This document shows positions 55,630 through 64,000 of a stretch of DNA of 64,000 nucleotides, in pieces. Every line of letters starts with the position of its first letter. Within the stretch, counting starts at the first letter, position 1. The notes below the pieces were generated by a model. The model searched no databases. It saw only the letters and a program-made list of their open reading frames with translations, and had not been told where the DNA came from. Position numbers and translations under genes: made by a program. Source of the stretch: Bacteroidaceae bacterium (GTDB taxonomy: Bacteria > Bacillota > Clostridia > Lachnospirales > Lachnospiraceae); assembly GCA_963620785.1 (NCBI GenBank), contig CAVFAT010000051.1, positions 13,416 through 77,415 of the forward strand, given 5' to 3'.

Positions 55630-55923
55630 TTAGCCGATGGTCTTCGGCACAACAAACTGATGATCCTTTTCCTTCGGTGCATTGGCAAGAGTTGCCTCGC
55701 TTCCATCACCATTTGTCACCTCATCCTCACGGAATACATTATTTACCGGAAATACATGTGACATCGGCTCTACACCGCTTACGTCAAGCTCATTTAATTT
55801 ATCAATATGGTCCAGCATACGCCCCATATCCTGCTTTGCCTGCTCCTTTTCTTCCGGAGAAAGCTCCAGCTTTGCCAGAATGCCTACATATTCGATTGTT
55901 TCATCTGAAATGATGTTTGCCAT
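55630..55923 (-). CDS. gatC: Asp/Glu-tRNA(Asn/Gln) amidotransferase subunit C
   Basis: 97 aa. Position and size fit. The [10 protein letters not shown]… pattern is present. Confidence 0.92.
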   Translation of the reverse strand: MANIISDETIEYVGILAKLELSPEEKEQAKQDMGRMLDHIDKLNELDVSGVEPMSHVFPVNNVFREDEVTNGDGSEATLANAPKEKDHQFVVPKTIG

Positions 55924-55956
55924 TCTACTTTCTTCCTTTCTTTATGATTTTTCTCA

Positions 55957-57288
55957 TTAAGGTGTCAATCTGCTAAGGTCACGCGGGAAGAGAGATACCT
56001 CACGGACATTCTCTTCTCCAAGCAGCTCCATTGTAATTCTCTCAAGTCCAAGACCCAGTCCTCCGTGAGGCGGCATACCATGCTTGAACGCACTCAGATA
56101 CTGCTCCATACCTTCCTCTTCCATGCCACGTGCTTTGATCTTTTCGCTCATCATATTGTAGTCATGGATACGCTGACCACCTGTTGTGATCTCCACACCC
56201 TTGAAGAGAAGGTCAAAGCTCAGAGTATAGGTCGGATCTGTCGGATCATCCATTGCATAGAAGGGACGCTTCTTGGAAGGATAATGTGTTACAAATACAA
56301 AATCACTGCCGGTTTCTTCTTTATAATACTTACCGATCAAAAGCTCTTCCTCCGGCTCAAGATCATAAGGATTTCGGATCGCACGGTCATATTTCTCGGA
56401 AACATTCTTCTTTGCCTCATCGAAACGTACTGCCGGGATCTTTGATGCATCCGGGATCTCAATGCCCAGGATCTTAATCTCTCTTGCATAGTCTTTCTTC
56501 AGCAGTTCCATTGTATACTGAAGGAAGCCTGCCTCCATCGCCATAACATCCTCAAAGCTGTCAATGTATCCCATCTCAAAGTCAAGTGATACATATTCGT
56601 TCAAATGACGCTTTGTATTATGCTTCTCAGCACGGAATACCGGTGCAACCTCATATACTCTGTCAAAAACGCCAACCATCATCTGCTTGTAGAACTGCGG
56701 AGACTGCTGCAGGATTGCCGGCTTGTGGAAATATTCCAGCTTGAAAAGGTTTGCTCCGCCCTCTGCTGATTTGGCACCAAGCTTCGGAGAATGGATCTCT
56801 GTAAAGCCCTGCTCATGAAGGAAGTCACGGAAGCCTCTTACGATACCTTCCTGGATTCTGAATTTTGCACGCTCTCTGATATTACGAAGAGAAATCGGAC
56901 GATAGTTCAGCTTTGCCTCCAGAGAAGTTTTCATTTTCCATTTGCCGATCGGAAGAGGCATTGCCTCTGTCGGCTGGGAAAGAACCTTGATCTTAGTCAG
57001 TCTGATCTCGATACCGTTCGGCGCACGATCCTCTGCATGCAGGCTTCCCTCTGCCTCCAGAGTTGTTCCCTCATGAAGATCATGAAGATCAAAGTCAGTT
57101 ACACCCTCCTCAAAAACAGTCTGAATCAGGCCTTCTCTTTTTCTCAGTACAACAAAAGCCACATCTCCCATATTACGGATTGTGTGAACTGCTCCGTTTA
57201 CCTTAACGCTCTTTCCTTCAAAATCCCCTTCCAGGATCTGGGAAATCTCAAGGGTATCTTTTTCGTTTACACCTGTAATAAAATCCAT
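55957..57288 (-). CDS. aspS: Aspartate--tRNA ligase, archaeal/short type (probable non-discriminating AspRS feeding GatCAB)
   Basis: 443 aa. Lacks the GAD insertion. Class II motif FRAEKHNTKRHLNEY. It is the first gene of the T-box-controlled operon with gatCAB. A short asparaginyl-tRNA synthetase cannot be fully excluded by eye. Confidence 0.8.
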   Translation of the reverse strand: MDFITGVNEKDTLEISQILEGDFEGKSVKVNGAVHTIRNMGDVAFVVLRKREGLIQTVFEEGVTDFDLHDLHEGTTLEAEGSLHAEDRAPNGIEIRLTKIKVLSQPTEAMPLPIGKWKMKTSLEAKLNYRPISLRNIRERAKFRIQEGIVRGFRDFLHEQGFTEIHSPKLGAKSAEGGANLFKLEYFHKPAILQQSPQFYKQMMVGVFDRVYEVAPVFRAEKHNTKRHLNEYVSLDFEMGYIDSFEDVMAMEAGFLQYTMELLKKDYAREIKILGIEIPDASKIPAVRFDEAKKNVSEKYDRAIRNPYDLEPEEELLIGKYYKEETGSDFVFVTHYPSKKRPFYAMDDPTDPTYTLSFDLLFKGVEITTGGQRIHDYNMMSEKIKARGMEEEGMEQYLSAFKHGMPPHGGLGLGLERITMELLGEENVREVSLFPRDLSRLTP

Positions 57289-57365
57289 TTTCTTTCCTTT
57301 CTTAAATGAAGTTTTTCACTAATAAGAATGCATTTTATCTTATAGGAAGGAAGTTTCTTATAAGA

Positions 57366-57660
57366 TAAAAAAATCCCGGAGCATAACTATATGCTCCGGG
57401 ACGGAATTACTGACTCATTCCGCGGTACCACCCGCATTGGGAATTGCTTCCCCACTCTTTTTGCTTAACGCGCATCCTACGTATCATCCTAATAAATAGA
57501 TCCTATATTTGTGTTTGTTCTTTACGCATTTAACAAAACAGGATTACCGTTCAGATGATCTGCTCCGGAGTGTTGCTTCTCTGCGCTCTTCTGAAATGCA
57601 CTTCCAGCCGATGATGCATTTTCTCTGTCAGCCTCTGCGTAGAAAGGTCTCCTTCTCAGC
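57366..57660 (-). promoter_or_regulatory. T-box leader (tRNA-sensing riboswitch) with terminator/antiterminator
   Basis: The minus strand contains the T-box sequence AATGCGGGTGGTACCGCG (plus coordinates 57421-57438). It is followed by the terminator TCCCGGAGCAT-N6-ATGCTCCGGGA plus TTTTTTT (57366-57401). Confidence 0.85.
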
Positions 57661-57724
57661 ATTTATTTATACTTCGATTAGACTAACATATGTATCTCTT
57701 TTTTTCAAGATTTCTTTGTCCCTC

Positions 57725-58465
57725 TCAGGGCTCAAAATTTTCAAAAATAGGCCAGATTTTCTGTCTCCTGCAGTCATTCAGCTCTTTTTTGCTTCGAATC
57801 GTCCAAAAAGCTGCCCTTCTGCCCATCTTTTTAACCGCAAAGCGATTGCCAAAGTTCTGTCGGTCCTCGTACTTATAAGCCACAAAATCCGGCTTTGTAA
57901 TCAGATTTTCCAGCATATGTGTCGCTGCAAAGGCAAGAGGTAAGGACAGTCCCTCCCTGCTTTTTATAAAATCCTGGGACAGCTGTCCCCGAATGATCTG
58001 TGGCTTATGCTTTTTCAGCCAAAGGAGAACCTGGGGATGAAAGCTCTCGATACAATAAAGTCCCTGATAGCTTTCCAATAGGGCCGTGGCCTTTTCGCAT
58101 AGCTCCTTTGCATTATTCTGATAGACCTTCAGCTCAATGATCAGAGGAAAGGCACCGTCATAAAGCTTGAGAACCTCAGACAGAGTCGGAATCGTCTCCT
58201 CGCTTTCTCCCAGCCGGTATTCTTTCAACTCTCCTGCTGTAAGCGCTTCGACAGTTCCCTTCTGGCCGGTCATGCGTTCCAGCTCACTATCATGCAAAAC
58301 CGCAAGTTCCCCATCCTTCAGGAGATGAACATCCAATTCACTTCCAAAACCTGCATTCTTTGCTCTCGCAAAAGCAGCCAGGGAATTCTCCGGTATTTCT
58401 TTTCCCTGATGATATCCCCGATGTGCAAAAAGAACTTTGTCGAATTCCTCAATCTGCTTCTTCAT
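57725..58465 (-). CDS. Glycerophosphodiester phosphodiesterase family protein
   Basis: 246 aa. Contains FAHRGY and ELDVHL motifs. Confidence 0.85.
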   Translation of the reverse strand: MKKQIEEFDKVLFAHRGYHQGKEIPENSLAAFARAKNAGFGSELDVHLLKDGELAVLHDSELERMTGQKGTVEALTAGELKEYRLGESEETIPTLSEVLKLYDGAFPLIIELKVYQNNAKELCEKATALLESYQGLYCIESFHPQVLLWLKKHKPQIIRGQLSQDFIKSREGLSLPLAFAATHMLENLITKPDFVAYKYEDRQNFGNRFAVKKMGRRAAFWTIRSKKELNDCRRQKIWPIFENFEP

Positions 58466-58508
58466 TACATTTCCTTCATATCATTCCCTTATATAACTTC
58501 CTTATGGC

Positions 58509-58910
58509 CTATACAATATGATAGCCCTGATTCTCAAGACTGGAAGCCACCTCTGTCAGGCTGGGCACCTGAAGAACCATGATTGGCTTTGCATTTTCCC
58601 TGTTATAAGAAATATAAAGATATTCAACATTAATATTCATATGAAGAAGGGATTCCAGAAGCGCATTCAAAGCACCCGGCTCATCCTCAATCTCAACACC
58701 AAGTACATCGGAAACCTTATATAAATATCCTGTTTTTTCTAAAAGCTCTCCTGCTTTATCCACATCGGAGGTAACCATTCTGATAATACCGAATTCTGCA
58801 CTGTCATTTGTAACAAAGCCGGCAATATTAACACCCGCTTCGCTCAGCGCTGACAGAATCTTATGCAGGGCTCCCTTTTTGTTTTCTGCGAAAATTGAAA
58901 CCTGTTTCAC
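58509..58910 (-). CDS. ACT domain-containing protein (tandem ACT)
   Basis: 133 aa. Two beta-alpha-beta-beta-alpha-beta-like halves. The VSIFAENKKGAL pattern is present. Confidence 0.7.
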   Translation of the reverse strand: MKQVSIFAENKKGALHKILSALSEAGVNIAGFVTNDSAEFGIIRMVTSDVDKAGELLEKTGYLYKVSDVLGVEIEDEPGALNALLESLLHMNINVEYLYISYNRENAKPIMVLQVPSLTEVASSLENQGYHIV

Positions 58911-58930
58911 TTACTTTTCCCCGTTTATCT

Positions 58931-60130
58931 CTATTTTTCTTCTCTTGCTTTTTCTTCTTTTTTCTTTCTTGCAGCTTCCTGCAGCTTGAGCAGATCCTCC
59001 TGCTTGATCACCAGTCTCTGTCCTGACGGATTCAACATGATGCCCAGAGGCTTCTCCGCAAGATCTCCGCAGTTTGCAAGAAAGTTCGTTATGCTGTTTG
59101 CATCCAGAACCAGATTTGCATACTCCTTAACATTGAATTTCTTTGCAAATTCTACTCCATCGGTAAAGACAGCAAGGAAGCTCTCTCCTTTCTGTCCCGG
59201 CACAAACTGAACCTTTAAGTTCTTCAGTTCTGTCATACCCAGTCTCTGGCCCTGCTGAGGCATATTCTCTCCGATTGCAATTGCGATCATCAGCTTAGAA
59301 TCGATCAGTCTGCTCATCATGGCATTCTGCTTCAGCTTCATGACCTCCTGCTTCTTTTCATATTTGACCGGCCACTTTGCCTCATCAACAAAATCAATGA
59401 CAGAAAAGGACAACTGCGGATTACGCAGGTCATTTGCCCCTGCCGCATTCGGCAGCATAAAAGAGGGAACACCCATATCGATATTGCGGATCTTCATCCG
59501 GTAAAAACCATTTTCCAGCCAGATATTTGCTGTGCCGATATAATAGGTATATTCAAAGAAATCATGAGGAAGCGGATTGCCTTCTTCATCCTTCATTTTG
59601 AAGCTGCGAACCTTCACCTTTCGGAACTGCTTCCGGTAAAGCTCAGCTACTTCTTCCGCATGCGCCTGATCAATATAAACGCTGATCATACCGTTATCGA
59701 TCAAAGGATAGGGAATCTGTTCATCATAAATAACAAAGATTTCCTCTGCTGCACGCAGTCTGTTCATGACCTCTCCAACCGCAACGCTTCGATTGGTATT
59801 AAAATTTTCGAGCGGATAGGCATGGTTATAAACTTCCATTGCCGTAATCAAATAGATCAGCTGCTGCAAGCCCAGCTCTTTGATCTTGTCTGCACTAAGG
59901 TCCGGAAGAAATATAAGATTGCCAATTTCTTCTTTTTCCTCATCGGAAAGCTCATCTGTGGCGTGCAAGGTCTTGCCCTCGATCAGCATCGGGTTCAAGG
60001 GCGGAATCTCCGGCCAGGAGAGCTCTGCATGATCAGCCTTCTGCTGTTCGATCTTATGCTCCAGCTGGTTTTGTTCTTTTTCGAATTCTACCTCTTCCTT
60101 GCTCTTCTTTGAACGACTAAATAATCCCAT
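58931..60130 (-). CDS. Hypothetical protein, SseB-like C-terminal region
   Basis: About 399 aa from the ATG at 60130 (GAGGAAG RBS); the longest ORF starts at 60223. The segment FLAVFTDGVEFAKKF…GIMLNPSGQRLVI resembles SseB-family proteins (weak recall). Confidence 0.45.
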   Translation of the reverse strand: MGLFSRSKKSKEEVEFEKEQNQLEHKIEQQKADHAELSWPEIPPLNPMLIEGKTLHATDELSDEEKEEIGNLIFLPDLSADKIKELGLQQLIYLITAMEVYNHAYPLENFNTNRSVAVGEVMNRLRAAEEIFVIYDEQIPYPLIDNGMISVYIDQAHAEEVAELYRKQFRKVKVRSFKMKDEEGNPLPHDFFEYTYYIGTANIWLENGFYRMKIRNIDMGVPSFMLPNAAGANDLRNPQLSFSVIDFVDEAKWPVKYEKKQEVMKLKQNAMMSRLIDSKLMIAIAIGENMPQQGQRLGMTELKNLKVQFVPGQKGESFLAVFTDGVEFAKKFNVKEYANLVLDANSITNFLANCGDLAEKPLGIMLNPSGQRLVIKQEDLLKLQEAARKKKEEKAREEK

Positions 60131-60240
60131 CTTTCTTCCTCTTTTGTCTTTTTTATTAATACAACAAGGCATATTATAACGCTTTTTATTTACAGGGGCA
60201 ATGCAGCTGCTTCCTATCATCACATGGCCGCATTCCCTAA

Positions 60241-61731
60241 TCAGCCATGGAAAAGCTTCTTCGTCTGGTAAGCCGGCTCACAGGTGAGATTGATTCCCAG
60301 TTTTTTGAAGGTGCTCTCATCAACAGAAGACAGAATAACTGAAGAATGCACCTCACAGCCCCTGAGCTGATCCAATTGTTCCATCGCCAATCTGGTATTC
60401 TCATCTGTTCTGGCACAAATTGTCAGGGCAATCAGCATCTCATCAATATGCAGACGGGGATTATGACCTCCGAAGCAATTGATCTTGAGATTCTGAATCG
60501 GCTCAAGCACCTCCGGTGAGATCAGCTTTACGCTGTCTTCCAGGCCCGCCAGTGTCTTTAATGCATTCAGCAGCATGGCAGAGCCTGCTCCCAGCAATTC
60601 TGAGGTACGGCCGGTGATCACCCTTCCATCCCGTAGCTCAATTGCCGCTGCCGGTCCATCCGTAATCTGTGCCTTTGTATTTGCTGCTGAAACAACCTTT
60701 CTGTCACTGATGGAAATCCCACTGCTGTCCATAAGCAGCTGGATCTTATCTACAATATCCTGTCTGCCCTTTCCTTTTCTGACATCGCAGGCTGCCGTAT
60801 AATAACGGCGGATAATCTCCTGATTGGAAGCCTCTCTGCAGGCCTCATCATCGATAATGGCATTTCCTGCCATATTTACTCCCATATCTGTCGGAGACTG
60901 GTAGGGAGACTCTCCGTAAATTCTCTTGAACATACTGTTCAATACCGGGAAGACCTCGACATCACGGTTGTAATTAACCGTCGTCTTTCCATAAGCCTCA
61001 AGATGATAAGGATCGATCATATTGACATCATTCAGATCTGCAGTTGCTGCCTCATAGGCAAGATTCACAGGATGAGCCAATGGCAGATTCCAGATCGGGA
61101 AGGTTTCATATTTGGCATAACCTGCCTCGATCCCCCTCTTGTTCTCCTGATATAACTGAGACAGGCATACAGCCATCTTTCCACTGCCCGGTCCCGGTGC
61201 CGTGATCACAACCAGGGATTTCTGGGTTTCAATATATTCATTCTTTCCGAAGCCCTCATCACTCAGGATAAAGGGAATATTGGCAGGGTAACCCTGAATC
61301 GGATAATGTCTGTATACCTTAATTCCCAGTGCTTCCAATCTCTTCTGATAAGCCAGGGCACTTTCCTGACCGGCAAATCTTGTCAGAACAACGCTTCCCA
61401 CAAAAAGGCCATAATTTCGGAATTCATCGATCAGTCTGAGCACATCCATGTCATAGGTAATACCCAGGTCTCCCCTGACCTTATTCTTTTCGATGTCATT
61501 GGCATTGATGACTACAACAACCTCTACGTCATCCTTGATCTGCGTCAGCATTCTGATCTTCGAATCTGCCTGAAAGCCCGGAAGCACACGCATTGCATGA
61601 TAATCATCAAAAAGCTTTCCGCCGAATTCCAGATAAAGCTTTCCGCCGAACTGGCTGATTCTTTCCTTGATATGCTCCGACTGCATCTCAAGGTATTTGT
61701 CATTGTCAAATCCCTGTTTCCACATGTTCAA
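60241..61731 (-). CDS. DUF1846 / UPF0371 family protein
   Basis: 496 aa. The N-terminus GFDNDKYLEMQSEHIKERI…GGKLYLEFGGKLFDDYHA…RVLPGF matches my recollection of UPF0371. Confidence 0.7.
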   Translation of the reverse strand: MNMWKQGFDNDKYLEMQSEHIKERISQFGGKLYLEFGGKLFDDYHAMRVLPGFQADSKIRMLTQIKDDVEVVVVINANDIEKNKVRGDLGITYDMDVLRLIDEFRNYGLFVGSVVLTRFAGQESALAYQKRLEALGIKVYRHYPIQGYPANIPFILSDEGFGKNEYIETQKSLVVITAPGPGSGKMAVCLSQLYQENKRGIEAGYAKYETFPIWNLPLAHPVNLAYEAATADLNDVNMIDPYHLEAYGKTTVNYNRDVEVFPVLNSMFKRIYGESPYQSPTDMGVNMAGNAIIDDEACREASNQEIIRRYYTAACDVRKGKGRQDIVDKIQLLMDSSGISISDRKVVSAANTKAQITDGPAAAIELRDGRVITGRTSELLGAGSAMLLNALKTLAGLEDSVKLISPEVLEPIQNLKINCFGGHNPRLHIDEMLIALTICARTDENTRLAMEQLDQLRGCEVHSSVILSSVDESTFKKLGINLTCEPAYQTKKLFHG

Positions 61732-61802
61732 TCTCCTTTTTTATTACTTATCCCAGATAAACTCTGAAAAAGCTCTGGAAAAAAACACAGATACTCTCTT
61801 TT

Positions 61803-62282
61803 TTACAAAGAAATATAGTAAGGACAGATATCTTCATAGTGTCCATCCTTCATCCGGAAGCCCTTCGGAATCTGCCCCAGCTGCTGAAAGCCGATTTTCT
61901 CATAGAGATGTCTTGCAGAAGCATTGCTGGCTACCACTGCATTAAACTGCAGAATGCGAAAGCCTTTTTCTTTTCCCTTTTCCAGGCAGTCTCTGACCAA
62001 AGCTTCTCCAATGTGCTTCCCTCTGGATTCTCTTGAGACCGCATAGCTGGCATTACAGATATGACCACAGCGGCCAACATTATTGGGATGCAGAATATAG
62101 AGTCCGAATACGCTTCCTTCCTCCTCTGCAATACCGCAGTAACTTTGTCCTGCAAAAAAGACTTCTCCTGTCTCCTCAGATAAAATTTCTTCCTGAGGAA
62201 AAGCCACACCGTCTTCTACAACCTCATTCCAGATTCGAATCATCTCCGGCAGATCCTCTTTCCGGTATTCTCTAACGATCAT
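61803..62282 (-). CDS. GNAT-family N-acetyltransferase
   Basis: About 159 aa from MIVREYRKEDL (ATG 62282, AGGTGA RBS). Acetyl-CoA motif RGKHIGEAL. Confidence 0.85.
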   Translation of the reverse strand: MIVREYRKEDLPEMIRIWNEVVEDGVAFPQEEILSEETGEVFFAGQSYCGIAEEEGSVFGLYILHPNNVGRCGHICNASYAVSRESRGKHIGEALVRDCLEKGKEKGFRILQFNAVVASNASARHLYEKIGFQQLGQIPKGFRMKDGHYEDICPYYISL

Positions 62283-62286
62283 TCTT

Positions 62287-63078
62287 TCACCTGCTTCCTT
62301 CTGATTCGCCCACAAAATCGATTACCTTCTGATAGGAAAGACTTCCGCCAAAAAGATCCAGGCTGCTGCCAATCGTCACATTCACTCTGTTATGACCGGC
62401 TTCCTTCAACTGCCTGATATCCTGAAAGCTGTGAACGCCTCCTGCATAGGTTACAGGTAATCCCTCGTAGCTTCCCAATATGTCTGCCACCTGATTTTCA
62501 ATGCCCTTCTGCTTTCCTTCTACATCAGCAGCATGTATGAGATACTCATCCGCATAAGCTTCCAGCTCTTTCAAGAGCTCTGCTGTCAGCTTTTCTTCCG
62601 TCATCTTCTGCCAGCGGTCTGTAACAATAAAATAATCCTCTCCGCTCTTCTTGCAGCTAAGATCCAGAACAATATGCTCTCTCCCGACAGCAGCCTTCAA
62701 CTTTTCCAAATTGTCATATTCGATCCGTCCATCCCGAAATACATAGGAGGTAACAATGACATGACTCGCCCCAGCCCGCAAAAAGGACTCTGCATTCTCT
62801 GCATTGATTCCGCCGCCGATCTGCAGTCCATTCGGATACGCCGAAAGGGCTCCCAGAGCTTCTTTTTTTGTAGCCTCATAATACTCGCTTCCGGCCTTAT
62901 TCAGCAAAATCACATGACCGCCCTTCAAGCCGTCTCTTTTGTAAAGCTCTGCATAATAAGCGGCATTATGATCCGCAACAAAATTATCCTTTGCCCGATT
63001 TCCTTCATCTGCCAAAGAAGAACCCACAATCTGTTTTACTTTTCCATTGTGAATGTCAATACAGGGACGAAACTCCAT
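62287..63078 (-). CDS. HisA/HisF-fold (beta/alpha)8 isomerase, eukaryote-like His6-type ProFAR isomerase homologue
   Basis: 263 aa. N-terminus FRPCIDIHNGKVKQIVG and C-terminal GGV…GSSLD phosphate-binding pattern. No other his genes lie nearby. Confidence 0.65.
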   Translation of the reverse strand: MEFRPCIDIHNGKVKQIVGSSLADEGNRAKDNFVADHNAAYYAELYKRDGLKGGHVILLNKAGSEYYEATKKEALGALSAYPNGLQIGGGINAENAESFLRAGASHVIVTSYVFRDGRIEYDNLEKLKAAVGREHIVLDLSCKKSGEDYFIVTDRWQKMTEEKLTAELLKELEAYADEYLIHAADVEGKQKGIENQVADILGSYEGLPVTYAGGVHSFQDIRQLKEAGHNRVNVTIGSSLDLFGGSLSYQKVIDFVGESEGSR

Positions 63079-63315
63079 CGAACTCCTCCTTCCTATTTTT
63101 CAGGATTTTCAAGAAAAATCAACAAGAGCTATCATATCACAGCTACAGATTTCATTGGTTATTTTTTTTAAAAATAGAGGCAAAAGATTTCTCTTTTTTT
63201 ACAATCGTTACATTGACCTTTATTTTGCGATTCGCTATAATTATTTAAATGTTACGTAAGGACAAAAAATCTAAGCAGAATTTTTTGTCCTTATCTTTAA
63301 CTATGGTTTATTTAA

Positions 63316-64000
<685 letters not shown>

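Overview
This 64-kb chromosomal window looks like a Clostridia/Lachnospiraceae-type Firmicute. That call rests on AddAB, a T-box leader, gatCAB, class-1B PyrD/PyrK, an ECF S-component and moderate GC judged by eye. About 85% of genes are on the minus strand, in long, tightly packed housekeeping strings. Reading down the minus strand these are: (1) pyrFKDE, vanZ, a membrane protein, an aminopeptidase and purE-M-N-D (9.0 kb to 1); (2) hflX, a Nudix gene and a TPR lipoprotein; (3) two NSS transporters, chorismate mutase and a DUF2442 gene; (4) relA, an MBL hydrolase, a HemZ-like gene, hisS, aspS, glyA and an ECF-S gene; (5) a T-box leader, archaeal-type aspS, gatCAB, a clpX-like gene, then addB and addA; (6) a hisA-like gene, GNAT, DUF1846, an SseB-like gene, an ACT gene and a GDPD gene. 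Plus-strand genes are ahcY, an AraC regulator, a LysR regulator, an NTF2-like protein, ppiB, an iron alcohol dehydrogenase and guaB (partial). I found no transposase, integrase, phage gene, CRISPR array, cas gene, tRNA, rRNA or recognisable defence system. The only accessory-looking block is about 17.7-27.6 kb. It holds an AraC-controlled operon (flavodoxin-like protein, GPH symporter, two-domain OYE/FAD ene-reductase) and an amidohydrolase / LysR / NTF2-like module. Three items deserve a second look. First, three tandem two-hairpin units (25456-25688) whose stems are preserved by compensatory substitutions, sitting just upstream of the LysR gene. Second, the orphan ene-reductase operon. Third, an unannotated 30-codon hydrophobic ORF between a promoter and pyrF. 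All protein calls come from motifs read in the supplied translations and recalled family signatures. No database search was possible.
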